Shown: one piece after another, positions 41,001-50,318 of the stretch
Layout: every line of letters starts with the position of its first letter
Position numbering within the stretch: the first letter of the stretch is position 1
Assembly (NCBI GenBank): GCA_039815185.1
Contig: JBCBZT010000007.1
Coordinates: forward strand, 149,403-213,402
DNA length: 64,000 bases
Source: Cyanobacteria bacterium P01_A01_bin.123
GTDB lineage: Bacteria > Cyanobacteriota > Cyanobacteriia > Phormidesmidales > Phormidesmidaceae
Direction of reading: 5' to 3'
The notes under the pieces: model-generated
Databases searched by the model: none
The model's input: only the letters and a program-made list of their open reading frames with translations
Told to the model about the DNA's origin: nothing
Translations under genes and position numbers: made by a program

Positions 41001-41178
41001 GCCAGAGGTGAAAGGCAACGCGCTGGCGGGGTTGGGGCGTAGCATGATGGAGGGCAAGATAGGCAAGCAAAAGCTGAGCTCGCCCCTGAGTCAAATCCGT
41101 CAGGGGGCGATCACCATAGGTGAGGGAAAATCCTCCCAAGAGCCGGATGTGTAGAACTTGAGCCACTGTCTGTACCAT
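38017..41178 (-). CDS. SARP/BTAD transcriptional activator with AAA/STAND ATPase and TPR domain
   Basis: IRLLGGF, LLAYLAL, LWPES...ARTNLRKAL, LYQGDLL, ELGVDPG; Walker A GEPGIGKT; Walker B LLLFDDIQWMD. Confidence 0.92.
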   Translation of the reverse strand: MVQTVAQVLHIRLLGGFSLTYGDRPLTDLTQGRAQLLLAYLALHHATPQPRQRVAFHLWPESTDAQARTNLRKALSHLRRSLPNVETLLKTGTKSLHWLSSEDCQSDVAAFEAAINTAEQSTDNVVRQTHWEQAIQLYQGDLLPDCEDEWLTPERERLRQLYQRSLEQLIQLLENQQDYSTANTYAQQLVRLDNLNEAVYCTLMRLQHGVGDRAGALQTYHQCMTILQDELGVDPGAATRQLYEQLLHEDEALLTPTQPPSTPQPVALPVVTLNPSMASTPLVGREAEWDTIQQWGEPLLTGTQQSAKPSQGKTRATPMLLLQGEPGIGKTRLLEELYTKLQTADVRLLWGCGFAAEMMRPYGMWIDALRSSDIVSIPNLPTELGFLMPELGHPSQTLPDPSHLFDAVVRSLLQWADQSPLLLLFDDIQWMDDASAALLHYVIRVLHHHPMQIACTARSGELEANAAITDVLKALRREQRLHCLELSPLDREQTRHLLRSTGSLVPSELSLSLINQVFVDSGGNPLFALELARSRGYQSGDASTLESLIGDRLQQLDDSTRGILPWAAAMGRNFSPAMIAQIADMPIAQLLSAIEQLEQQSIICPNAARQLGGCYDFTHGIVRQVVYKQLSAPRRRLIHQQIAYHLYQQVNQDEAIASDVAHHAFLGEDFDLAAEMAILAVEQSLKLFAYTAAVEHARQGFRAAEQLGHRIRITRQAKLLNLCALAGVQGETAAQLTTQAQQLVEDAQAQQLPEAETNALEALIIVQFNQSDFDGVHRYSLQAAAASRVANPAVVARTLAYSGGCLAEIGRDIPRAEALLLEAQSLAERVDLENFDIFAGLGAIHRHYGRYDEARSLISQALHLTHVHQEHWRECHYLSYLAMIELETENPAAVFPHMAAMLEAAAKIQGEGSEAAIAQALTALAQYQLREPAAAETLPAAIAALQRADAKRVLASILMRAAAIDLADANLPLAYERATAALNNARAINHPSQIALSWAVLVQSLLKLGDPEQALAEFQQLQETADFHNVSATAQTAIAEAQQILSIPAHPVP

Positions 41179-41460
41179 TCCTACTGCCCTTTGTAGAGCG
41201 ATCCTACCGTTCTGATAAAGCTAGGCGCCGCGCCGCACCGTGCCACGTCGTTTGTACCCATTTCCTTTTCACCTGCGATCGCGATTTGACAGTTTTTCAT
41301 AGATCTAGAACATCTCTTTTTCCTTAACGACATCCATCGATTAGCTGCACACTCTGAGCAAGTAGGGTATCGCAAAATCGAGAAGTTCTAGGGATGTTTA
41401 ATCCACACGCATATCCTTGATTGATGGAGATATTTGTTTACATGCGTCGCTTACTAAGCC

Positions 41461-41484
41461 GTCCGATGCAGCACAGGGTTAGAT
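41461..41484 (-). mobile_element. Partial attC (R''/L'' half only)
   Basis: Minus strand ATCTAAC-cctgt-GCTGCATCGGAC resembles R''-L''; no convincing partner half found. Confidence 0.35.
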
Positions 41485-41636
41485 CTACAAAGGCATGGCA
41501 GCAGTCAATTAAAAATATTGATGGGTATTGTCTTACATAAGGTCAGTGTGTTGCCCAGCCTAAGGCCCTATATTGGTGGTGGATGGTGTCTGCTCTGCGA
41601 GATCCAATGATCAAGCTTTATTAGGATTAGGTTTCT

Positions 41637-42179
41637 ATGATGAGTACCCAGCTATCTGATACTTTGGGAAGATTACAAGCCAGAATCTATTGGCTACATG
41701 ATGCAGAAAAGTTTGATGAGTTAGCCAGTACTGCAAGCAAAATCTACCAGCTTTTAGGGCATCCTGAATCATTAAGCGATCAAGTGGGTAGCTTTATCTC
41801 TGAGGCTTATCGAATATCTGATGATGCTCAGATCGCAAGATTTGCCGATGATCCACAAAAGGAATTAAAGCACTATGCTGAGGTTCAGATTCAATTAGAG
41901 GAAGTAGTGAAACTACTAAATTTGCCTATTGAGATAGCAGCGTATCAAGTTCAATGGTGGATGCTTTCTAGACACAAGAAAATCTTTGCAGCCATAGGCT
42001 ATATCCTTAAGCAACATGATCAATTATCAGTTTTGGCTAAGGCTAAGCTAGCTTATTACTCGTTTCAAATAGGTTTAGGCCATAATCAGAGAAAATTAGC
42101 TAAGTGTGAGAAGTATGCAATCTATTATTGGGATCTACTTCTACAATCAAAAGAGGCTCTTTATCCCTATATTGGTTGA
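41637..42179 (+). CDS. Hypothetical protein (AT-rich, opposite orientation to neighbours)
   Basis: 180-aa ATG ORF, no recognisable motif. Confidence 0.65.
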   Translation: MMSTQLSDTLGRLQARIYWLHDAEKFDELASTASKIYQLLGHPESLSDQVGSFISEAYRISDDAQIARFADDPQKELKHYAEVQIQLEEVVKLLNLPIEIAAYQVQWWMLSRHKKIFAAIGYILKQHDQLSVLAKAKLAYYSFQIGLGHNQRKLAKCEKYAIYYWDLLLQSKEALYPYIG

Positions 42180-42203
42180 TGGCTTAATGAGAATCAAAAA
42201 GAG

Positions 42204-42287
42204 GCATAACGGCAGAGTTAAGCGACAACAAGTAATGCTGAAACGAATCGCAAAGACTCTGTTTGTCGCGCTAATACTGTTTTATGC
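42204..42287 (-). mobile_element. Second attC site, degenerate R'' (84 bp)
   Basis: Minus strand GCATAAA...TTAGCGCGACAA ... TTGTCGCTTAA...GTTATGC; overlaps the GNAT stop codon; shares TGAAACGAA at the same offset as the first attC. Confidence 0.65.
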
Positions 42288-42791
42288 TGTGGCATCTAAT
42301 CGATAGATATCCATCTCAACGCCATAGAATATTGTTGCTATTTCGTATCTCATGCCTACCCTTTAAAGTACCCTGACGAATGCTATGTTTGCTCGCTCCA
42401 CAATTCCAAGGATATATAGAAACCTAAGTTTATTAAATCCATATTGAATTGTTGCTGACGCCGCTTCAGTAGCTAGTTCCAGATTCCAAAACTTGGGATC
42501 TAATCGATAGCCAAGCTGTCGCTCATCTACGTCATAAACTTGCTCTACTGCGATTCCACAATAGCCAATCAATTCGTTGGTTTCCTTGAAAATAACAGCC
42601 CACTTTCCAAATCCAGATTTTTTGTGTAAAGCAATAAAATCGTCTATCTTCACTTGTGTTTGTGAAGTCGATAGAATTCCAGCAGGAGAGAATTCCATGA
42701 CTTTTAGATTTACAAGAATTGGTGCAAGTTGATGGACATTTTGCTGCTGAAAGTCTCTCAGAATTAAATGTTTTGTTTCTAACCAAACCAT
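42282..42791 (-). pseudogene. RimJ/RimL GNAT with premature TAA at 42363-42365
   Basis: Frame continues after VRVL* as RVGMRYE...LDATA* (family pattern VLEKxGM). Confidence 0.8.
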
Positions 42792-42800
42792 AATTAAAAA

Positions 42801-43448
42801 TTAGCTGTGGTTCAGTTCCATCAAGGAAAGTTTCTCCCCAGAGTAAAGCCACTTCTCAAAATTTACTTTACAGCGCTTCCATTCTTTATCTGTCATTGCG
42901 AACCAATCTGTATCTCGACTTTTGCCACGCACAAGCATATGCTGGCGAAATCGACCCTCATAAATAAACCCCATTCTGGTAGCTGTGGTTCGACTCGCGT
43001 GGTTTAGAGCATCACATTTCCACTCAACTCAACGATAAGCCTGTTGTTCGAACAGATACTGGAGCAGCAAAAACTGAGATTCGGTATTGACTTTGCTTTT
43101 ATGAACATTGGGAGTAAACCAGACATGACCAATTTCCGCACGTCCGTGATTCGGCGCGATCGCCAGTAATGCCACAACTCCAACCTGAGTATTTGTTGAG
43201 TTCTCGAAAACTGTCCAAGTCAACGGATCAGATTTACCAATCATCTCCTTTTCCATCCAATCTTTCATTGCGGAAAGATTATTAAATGGACCATAAAATA
43301 AGTAACTCCAAACAGCTTCCTTTTCATGACTTCCGTGTGATGCGGCGTACAGAGCTGCCACATCCCTGTTTGGAATAAGGGGTTTGAGGGTTACATATTG
43401 GCCACTAATTTGAAGCAGTTCAGGTGATTGCCAAGTTCGCTGCTGCAT
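42801..43448 (-). pseudogene. RimJ/RimL GNAT with premature TGA at 43029-43031
   Basis: AYR*VEWKCDALNHAS...RMGFIYEGRFRQHMLVRGKSRDTDWF continues in frame (family YRRxEWKCD; CGA to TGA). Confidence 0.88.
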
Positions 43449-43698
43449 AATTTATCAATGCCTCGCCAATCGATAATTTTACTCTTGCCAGAAACTTCAT
43501 GAACAAACATTAACCGAGCCTGAACAAGCAGCTTGAAAACTGCTGCCTTAAGGGAAGTCAAGTAGTATACCAGTAAAGGTAAGCGGCGTTAACTATCTTG
43601 ACAAAGAAGCCTTATCAATAACGTTTACCAGATTATGTGATCATTACTAATATTACTAAGCGCGATAGCATTCGTAATTTAGTAGCAAGAAAAAAAGT

Positions 43699-44607
43699 TC
43701 AATCTGATAGATTGAAAGCATGATTAGGCGACCCCACAATATCCGTCTGTAAGCAAAACAAATCGCCCGCATAAAAGCCTTTTTGAATCTCGGATTGGCT
43801 TAATCCAACAGCAGCCGTTGTGATCCACAAATCCGTCAAATCTGGCCCACCAAACGTGCAAGAGGTAGGACGCTGAGCTGGAATCGGTATCCGCATCAGT
43901 TCTTGACCTTGGGGATTAAAGCGAATTACACACCAGCCATCCCACATCGCAGACCAGATGCAGCCTTCAGCATCAATGGTTAAACCGTCAGGAAAAAAAG
44001 ACTCTGAGGTGAGATCAATTAACACGCGGCGATCGCGAATTTGGCCGCTATCGAGATCAAAATCGTAGGCGTAGATTTTTTGGGCAGGGCTATCGGTCAA
44101 ATAAAATGTCGTGTCGTCTGGACTCCAACCCAACCCATTTGAAATCGAGAGCCCCGTTTCCATCACCCGCAAAGATCCATCTGGGTCGTAGCGATAAAGT
44201 TTCGCTTTCGGCTCCTCATTGTTGTTCATTGACCCGATCCAAAGTCGCCCACGGCGATCGCATTTGAGGTCATTCAAACGGTTATCTGGCTGATCAGATT
44301 CCAGATCGATGAGGAAAGTTAAGCGTTGAGTCGGCAAATGTAAACGAGACAGGCCATCCCGTTGCGCTAGCACTAGGTTTTCGGCATCAATTAGGGCTAA
44401 CCCCGTGACTAAATCCTCAAATTCCCAAAAGGTATCTTGTTGAGTAGCCAGATCAAACTTGTGCAGTCGGTGATTATAAATATCAACCCAAAAAAGCCGC
44501 TGCTGTTGGTGATCCCAAATTGGCCCCTCACCCAGCCTTGCCCGAGCGTACAACATATTTTTGATAGGGGTTGGAGACTTACACATGGGATCAAAATCAC
44601 ACCTCAT
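43699..44607 (-). CDS. SMP-30/gluconolactonase/LRE family protein
   Basis: LGEGPIW, RLNDLKCDRRGRLWIGSM, SNGLGWSPD, PDGLTID, PTSCTFGG. Confidence 0.92.
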   Translation of the reverse strand: MRCDFDPMCKSPTPIKNMLYARARLGEGPIWDHQQQRLFWVDIYNHRLHKFDLATQQDTFWEFEDLVTGLALIDAENLVLAQRDGLSRLHLPTQRLTFLIDLESDQPDNRLNDLKCDRRGRLWIGSMNNNEEPKAKLYRYDPDGSLRVMETGLSISNGLGWSPDDTTFYLTDSPAQKIYAYDFDLDSGQIRDRRVLIDLTSESFFPDGLTIDAEGCIWSAMWDGWCVIRFNPQGQELMRIPIPAQRPTSCTFGGPDLTDLWITTAAVGLSQSEIQKGFYAGDLFCLQTDIVGSPNHAFNLSD

Positions 44608-44723
44608 TAGGTCTGCAAGGCTGCATTCTCTGAACGACTATGCACTTTGGCGCTAAAGCGTTTCGCGCAGCTGCTGGCAATCCAAAACCTAAAATCGTAG
44701 CCCCTCTGGGGCGGCTAAGCCAA

Positions 44724-44772
44724 CGACTGAGCGGTTCGGCTGAGCTCACCGTCGAAGCCTCACGCCGAAGTC
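44724..44772. repeat. Nested REP-like short palindromic elements
   Basis: CGACTGAGCG [GTTCGGCTGAGCTCACCGTCGAAGC] CTCACGCCGAAGTC; the inner unit resembles the outer. Confidence 0.5.
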
Positions 44773-44801
44773 TAAAATCCAAAACTCAGCTCCTCTAACC
44801 A

Positions 44802-45963
44802 CTATCGCCTTGTGGTAGAAAAATTCTCAAACCAGCCTTTGCGCCAAAAGTAAACAATTAGTCCGCCCGTGATCGCAATCATCAATGCCCAACAGAGGGG
44901 ATAGCCCCAATACCAGTTCAGTTCTGGCATATTCCAGGGAGAACTTTGGGGATTAAAATTCATGCCGTAAAGGCCAGCAATAAACGTTAGCGGAATGAAA
45001 ATGGTCGAAATCACAGTCAACAGCTTCATGACCTCATTCATCCGGTTGCTGACGGAGGACAAATACACATCCATCAAACTAGAGGCCAGTTCTCGGTAAG
45101 TTTCTAAAATGTCGAGAATCTGAATCACGTGGTCATAGCAGTCTTGAAAATAGATCCGAACTTCTGGACTGACGCAGTTGCTGGTGTCGCGGATCAAGCT
45201 ATTAATGGCACTCCGCTGGGGCCAAATGGCGCGACGCATGGCCATTAATTCTCGCCGTAGATCGTGAATCTTTTCGATGGTTTTACGGGTGGGATTTGCC
45301 ACCACTTCATCTTCTAGGGCTTCGATATATTCACCATATTCTTCTAACACTGGGAAAAAGCCGTCAATCACTGAATCAATCAGGGCATAGGCTAAATAAT
45401 CTGCTCCTTGAGTCCGAATAGTGTGGCCCCAAGATAAAGCTGACCTGTTCATTAAAAAATCCCCGCCCCTTGGATTTGAGCATCACCATCCGCATGATGA
45501 TCAGCAAATGATCCTGAAATTGTTCGACCTTGGGACGCTGGGGCACATTGACCACATCTTCTAACACCAGCGGATGGAGCTTAAAAATATCCCCCAAGCT
45601 GCGCATTACAGGTTCACTGCCCAACCCCTGCACATCCAACCAAGATACAGACTCGGTATCGAGGTAGGAGACACAATCCTGGGGCAAGGCCAATTCGACT
45701 CGAACCGCCGTGTCGGCACCGTAGTCGATCAGCACCAGTTCGGGTACCGGGGCATCGTCTTCAATGGTCAGCGTGCCGGGGGTGCTGCCCTGCTGATCAT
45801 AGTGATAGTCGAAATAATCATCGTCATCTTCAACTGCTCCATCTGGGGCGGGAAGGGTTGCAAAGGTCGGAAACGGGAAGGGAGGAATCTCGCTGTTATA
45901 GCTCCCTGGGGACGAGCTTTGTCGATCGCGCCCCTGCTTAAAACGAGACTCTGGGTTACCCAT
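44802..45963 (-). pseudogene. corA: Magnesium/cobalt transporter CorA, split by an internal deletion/frameshift
   Basis: N-half (HPLVLEDVVNVPQRPKVE...EQVSFILGPHY) and C-half (TIRTQGADYL...IFIPLTFIAGLYGMNF) are in different frames. Confidence 0.88.
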
Positions 45964-46032
45964 AATTGATGTTGCTAACGGTCTACGCTGTGATCTTAGT
46001 GCGTTGATGGGCTGTCGTCAGGCGATCGCAGC

Positions 46033-47427
46033 CTATGCTGGGGGGTTTGCTACTGGAGCTTGGGTAACACCCTGAGCTTCGAGGTGAGCGGCAACCCGCA
46101 GTGCTTTGGCTTCTTGGTAGGGCGCGGCGATGATTTGAATGCCCACAGGGAGCTGGCGTGGGCGGTGAACCGGCACCGAAATAATCGGTAGGCCAATAAA
46201 GGATAGGGGTTGGGTGTAGAGGCCCAGGTTGGGCCGTAGGGGTAAGGCTTCGCCGTCGATTGTCAATACGGTTTGCTCAAGGGTGGGGGCAACACAGGGA
46301 ACCGTCGGGGCCAAAATAATATCTACCGTTTGAAACAGTTCCCGGACGCGATCGCGATACCAACGCCGGAACCGTTGGGCTTGAATATACCAAGCCGCAG
46401 GAATCATCGTACCCGCCAAGAAGCGATCGCGGGTGGCTGGGTCAAAATCCATGGGGCGCTGTTGTAGTCGTTTGAGGTGGAGGTTGCTGCCTTCGCTGGC
46501 CGTAATCACATAAGCTGCTGCCCGAGCTCGAGCAGCTTCTGGAATCGTGATTGTTTCATTAGCCCCCAGGGCTTTAGCAACGCCGTGCAGCACTTCAGCT
46601 ACCTCTGGTGCCATCCCCCGAGCAAAATGATCCGCCGCGATCGCGATTTTTAACCCCTCAACTCCCTTTGATAGTTCAAGTTGCGTTTCCTCCGCAGGTC
46701 GCGTGGTGCAGACTGGATCGTGTGGATCTGGCCCTTGTAACACATCAAAAGTAGCGGCAAGATCGCGGACTGAGCGGGCAAAGGGGCCAATATGATCAAA
46801 ACTGGCCGCAAACAGATAAGCGCCCGCCCGTGACAGTCTGCCATAGGTAGGCTTGAGCCCATAGATTCCGCAGAGGGATGCGGGTACACGAATAGAACCA
46901 TTCGTATCTGATCCTAGGGTCAACGGCACTAACCCTGCTGCCACCGCTGCTGCTGATCCCCCCGACGATCCCCCCGACATGCGGCTGGAGTCATGGGGAT
47001 TCGGTGTCGCTCCATAGTGACTGTTGAGGGTGACAAACCCGTAGGCGTATTCATCCATATTCAGCGCCCCTACTAGCACCGCGCCTGCTTGGGTTAGCCG
47101 GGCGATCGCGGTAGCATCTCGGGTCGCTGGCGGGTTGGCTTGATTGATTTTTGCCCCTGCTAGCGTTGTCAATGCGGCAATGTCAAACAGATTTTTCACC
47201 GCAAACGGAACACCTGCTAACGGCCCAGGATCTTCCCCATGATGAACAGCAGTGTCGATGGCTTTGGCGGCTGCGATCGCCCGGTCGGCAGTGATCGCCG
47301 TAAAACAGTTGAGTCGTGCGTTATGGTCTTGGATTTGAGCCAAGGTGGACTCAATGATCACCTCAGCTTTCATGTCACCCTGCTGGACTGCGGTAGCCAG
47401 ACTCATTGCATCAGGAGGCTGGGTCAT
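46033..47427 (-). CDS. AtzE-family amidohydrolase (amidase signature)
   Basis: [54 protein letters not shown]. Confidence 0.9.
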   Translation of the reverse strand: MTQPPDAMSLATAVQQGDMKAEVIIESTLAQIQDHNARLNCFTAITADRAIAAAKAIDTAVHHGEDPGPLAGVPFAVKNLFDIAALTTLAGAKINQANPPATRDATAIARLTQAGAVLVGALNMDEYAYGFVTLNSHYGATPNPHDSSRMSGGSSGGSAAAVAAGLVPLTLGSDTNGSIRVPASLCGIYGLKPTYGRLSRAGAYLFAASFDHIGPFARSVRDLAATFDVLQGPDPHDPVCTTRPAEETQLELSKGVEGLKIAIAADHFARGMAPEVAEVLHGVAKALGANETITIPEAARARAAAYVITASEGSNLHLKRLQQRPMDFDPATRDRFLAGTMIPAAWYIQAQRFRRWYRDRVRELFQTVDIILAPTVPCVAPTLEQTVLTIDGEALPLRPNLGLYTQPLSFIGLPIISVPVHRPRQLPVGIQIIAAPYQEAKALRVAAHLEAQGVTQAPVANPPA

Positions 47428-47612
47428 GGCTCAAACGTGGGGCCAGCTTCCAGGCTATCTGGCAATGGAAAGTCTAAAACTTTTTGAGCGATCGCCTGAA
47501 TACTCACTAGATTTTCAATCACACCCGGTTCGGTTTCCTCGCTTAGAGACAGGCTCATCAACTGAGCCATCTGCCTCACATAAATCTGCGCATCAAACTG
47601 AGGATCAGCCAT
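47424..47612 (-). CDS. DUF4089 / AtzG-HpxX-like small partner of the amidase
   Basis: Small ORF ending FPLP...PTFEP, overlapping the amidase start. Confidence 0.75.
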   Translation of the reverse strand: MADPQFDAQIYVRQMAQLMSLSLSEETEPGVIENLVSIQAIAQKVLDFPLPDSLEAGPTFEP

Positions 47613-48047
47613 GGCCAAACTTTGTTACGTAATGTTTCAATTCAAATTAAACCTGAGATTGACCAAATGCAATGTCAGATTTATCACTAAATATTTTTCT
47701 TTGGGAAAAATTTTTTAATCGTGGGCGTTACAACCCACTTTAAGGGTCAAAGAACTTGCAACATTCGACAAAATCCCGAACTAAAACGACACAGGGATAA
47801 CCCATCGTTCGTCTATGACAGATTACTTAAAACTCATTGTCAATAGAACGAACATAAGGCTACTTGGGTGCTTCTGTTATTGCTCTGGCCAGATTGCCGA
47901 ATACACCGAGCATTGCTGACGCGCTTAGTCTACAAGACTCCTAAAATAGGAGTGTTTCGACCGCCTGGATGGCTGCTGTATGCTGAGCTGATTTTTGTAT
48001 CATGCCAATTACAATGATCAATATCCAGGTCTAACAATGACTAAACT

Positions 48048-48066
48048 ATTGACATCATATATCAAC
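48048..48066. promoter_or_regulatory. Candidate Fur box
   Basis: ATTGACATCATATATCAAC, an imperfect TTGA-N-TCAA palindrome upstream of an iron-related hydroxylase. Confidence 0.4.
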
Positions 48067-48199
48067 AGGGATAGGCTGCTTCAGATGTAGTTTTCATAGG
48101 ATCTATCCTCAACTGCCATGAAAATCGGGTTTTTGGCGCATTAGATTGCTTGCATAGTCGTGCAAGCAGTCTATTAAATCCATCTCCAGACATCACGCC

Positions 48200-48868
48200 A
48201 TGATTGTGTGCATCCCCAAGCTTTTAGCCGCTGAAGAACTCAGTCATCTCAATCAATGCTTGACTAATGCCGAATTTGTAGATGGTAAGTTAACAGCTGG
48301 ATGGCATGCCAAGCGCGTCAAACAAAATCAACAGTTACCCAAGAACGGCAGTACCGATGCCTTCAAAGCGGTCATCCATAAAGCGCTCAATCGAAATCAG
48401 CTGTTTCAGATTCTGGTTAGACCCAAAGTCATTCACTCAATTTTATTCAGCCGCTATCAGGCAGGTATGTCCTACGGACGCCACGTTGACAATGCCTTGA
48501 TGGGGAGCCCCAATTTTCTCCGATCAGATGTTTCTTTTACAGTGTTTTTGAGTGATCCTGAAGCTTATCAGGGTGGCGATCTGATTATTGAAGCTGCCGA
48601 TAGCGAAACGCCCTACAAACTAGCTGCAGGTAGCGCCATCGTTTATCCATCAACCACCCTCCACCGAGTCGATCCAGTGGTTAGTGGTGAACGATTGGTA
48701 GCCGTAGGCTGGGCACAAAGTTTAGTGCGCGATGCTGACAAGCGCGAGATTTTATTTGACCTGGAAACCGTCAAACGCACCTTATTCGCCCAGCAGGGTA
48801 AAACCGATGCGTTTGATTTATTGTCTAAAAGCGTTGCCAATCTACTACGACAGTGGGCAGAGCCATAG
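48200..48868 (+). CDS. PKHD-type Fe(II)/2-oxoglutarate hydroxylase (PiuC/YbiX family)
   Basis: FVDGKLTAG, YGRHVDNA, RSDVSFTVFLSDP..YQGGDL, YPSTTLHRV, GWAQSLVRD. Confidence 0.92.
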   Translation: MIVCIPKLLAAEELSHLNQCLTNAEFVDGKLTAGWHAKRVKQNQQLPKNGSTDAFKAVIHKALNRNQLFQILVRPKVIHSILFSRYQAGMSYGRHVDNALMGSPNFLRSDVSFTVFLSDPEAYQGGDLIIEAADSETPYKLAAGSAIVYPSTTLHRVDPVVSGERLVAVGWAQSLVRDADKREILFDLETVKRTLFAQQGKTDAFDLLSKSVANLLRQWAEP

Positions 48869-48907
48869 GTTGACGATGACGGTGATCTCAATTCTGTGAC
48901 CCCAATG

Positions 48908-49975
48908 CTAGGGGATTTGCCAAATCCGATCGTGATACTGGGCCGGGGTTGCGTAAGGATCAACAGCGGCATGATCGTGCCCATGACCATGGTCGTGGTG
49001 GTGCCCGTGGCCATGATGATCATGCTCATGGCTATGGGGCTCGCCGTCATCAAGGGCTGCAAGGCGGAATTTACACATTTCACAGTTCATCGCAACTTGG
49101 CCCTGCTGGGTTTCAATCTCGCGACGACGTAAAACACCTAGTAGGTGAGGATGAATTCCCATTTCAGGTAGACAACCGATCGAAATATCAGGGAAAGCTG
49201 TTTGTTGTTGGGCGGTGATGTCGAAGATTTTTTTGACCAAAACCCCCGTGAATAAAAAGTAGGGCAAAACAACGATGCGTTTGGGGTGATAGAGGCGAGC
49301 GCGGCGAAATCCTTCTTCGAGTCGAGGGTGGGTGATGCCGATGAAGCAGGTTTCGACTGTTTGATAGCCGCTACCCTCCCACACCATACGGGCCAATTTG
49401 TAGACATCACCGTTAGCATCGGGATCACTAGCGCCTCGCCCGACAAAGAGTAAAATGGTTTCCTCACGGGCGATCGCGTCGGGGTTATAGGCAGGCTGAT
49501 CGAGTATGGCCAAGCGATCGCGCCACAGCTCTAGAATCTCTGGGGTAATGCCAAAATGGCGACCATAGTGAAATGTCACTTGAGGGTAGCGTTGCCGAGC
49601 GCGATCGAGTTCATTGGTTACATCAAATTTGTTGTGCCGCGCTGCAAACAGCAAAATCGGCAACACCGAAATATCGGTAAATCCCTGGGCCACACAGTCA
49701 GCCACGCCATCTTGAATCGTCGGTTCAGTCAGTTCCAAAAAACAGGGAATGACTGGGCGAGAGGTATCTAAGGCTTGATAACTTGCTGCAAAATCGAGTA
49801 AACGCTGTCGTCCATCTGCATCTCGGCTGCCGTGGCCCACCAGCAGTAGCGGTCGCTGCATCGGCAGTGGCAGTAGCGTTGGGGTGAGCTGGCTTTCAAT
49901 CTGAGTGAGATGGGTCAGTAAAGGCTCAAAGGCAGCCTCAAAGTTGTCCTGTGGTGTGGGCAATGTTGTGGTCAT
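48908..49975 (-). CDS. cbiX: Sirohydrochlorin cobaltochelatase, long form
   Basis: [37 protein letters not shown] and His-rich tail. Confidence 0.93.
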   Translation of the reverse strand: MTTTLPTPQDNFEAAFEPLLTHLTQIESQLTPTLLPLPMQRPLLLVGHGSRDADGRQRLLDFAASYQALDTSRPVIPCFLELTEPTIQDGVADCVAQGFTDISVLPILLFAARHNKFDVTNELDRARQRYPQVTFHYGRHFGITPEILELWRDRLAILDQPAYNPDAIAREETILLFVGRGASDPDANGDVYKLARMVWEGSGYQTVETCFIGITHPRLEEGFRRARLYHPKRIVVLPYFLFTGVLVKKIFDITAQQQTAFPDISIGCLPEMGIHPHLLGVLRRREIETQQGQVAMNCEMCKFRLAALDDGEPHSHEHDHHGHGHHHDHGHGHDHAAVDPYATPAQYHDRIWQIP

Positions 49976-50025
49976 CGTCTGTCAAACTCCTATCCTGTGC
50001 AACGCAGGCTTGAGAGTGAAAAAGA

Positions 50026-50150
50026 CTCCGCCAGGTGTTCTGACTTCGGTAAGACTCGGGGTAACCTCGTGCCTCCGTTACAGTTGCGGCACAGCGCCGG
50101 CATTTCACCGGACTTTCCCTGGTCGAAGCCGTTCACAAGTGCTTCGCTAT
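50026..50150 (-). ncRNA. Cobalamin riboswitch
   Basis: Minus strand AGGGAAAGTCCGGTGAAATGCCGGCGCTGTGCCGCAACTGTAA ... AAGTCAGAACACCTG, upstream of cbiX; ends approximate. Confidence 0.9.
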
Positions 50151-50318
50151 CTTAGCCCACCCTTTTGAGTAGGGATATGCGGGGGATGGGCATGGGGGTA
50201 ATCATGCCCCATTGAACACATACCAAAACCATGGGATGAAGACAGCAATAGAGTGGGGTAGGATTGATGCGGCTTAGAGATTTGCCAAGTGCTATGCATC
50301 AGACATGAAAGGCCAGGC

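Noticed and set aside
43029..43031. Selenocysteine or readthrough TGA in the GNAT
   Set aside because: The position corresponds to conserved Arg (CGA to TGA), and the neighbouring GNAT is also nonsense-mutated, so decay is more likely.
43580..43605. Possible 5' cassette junction GTTAACG upstream of the GNAT pair
   Set aside because: Not complementary to the R'' of the 42204-42287 attC; too weak to call.
45376..45452. Programmed ribosomal frameshift in corA
   Set aside because: No slippery sequence, and conserved residues are missing, which indicates a deletion.
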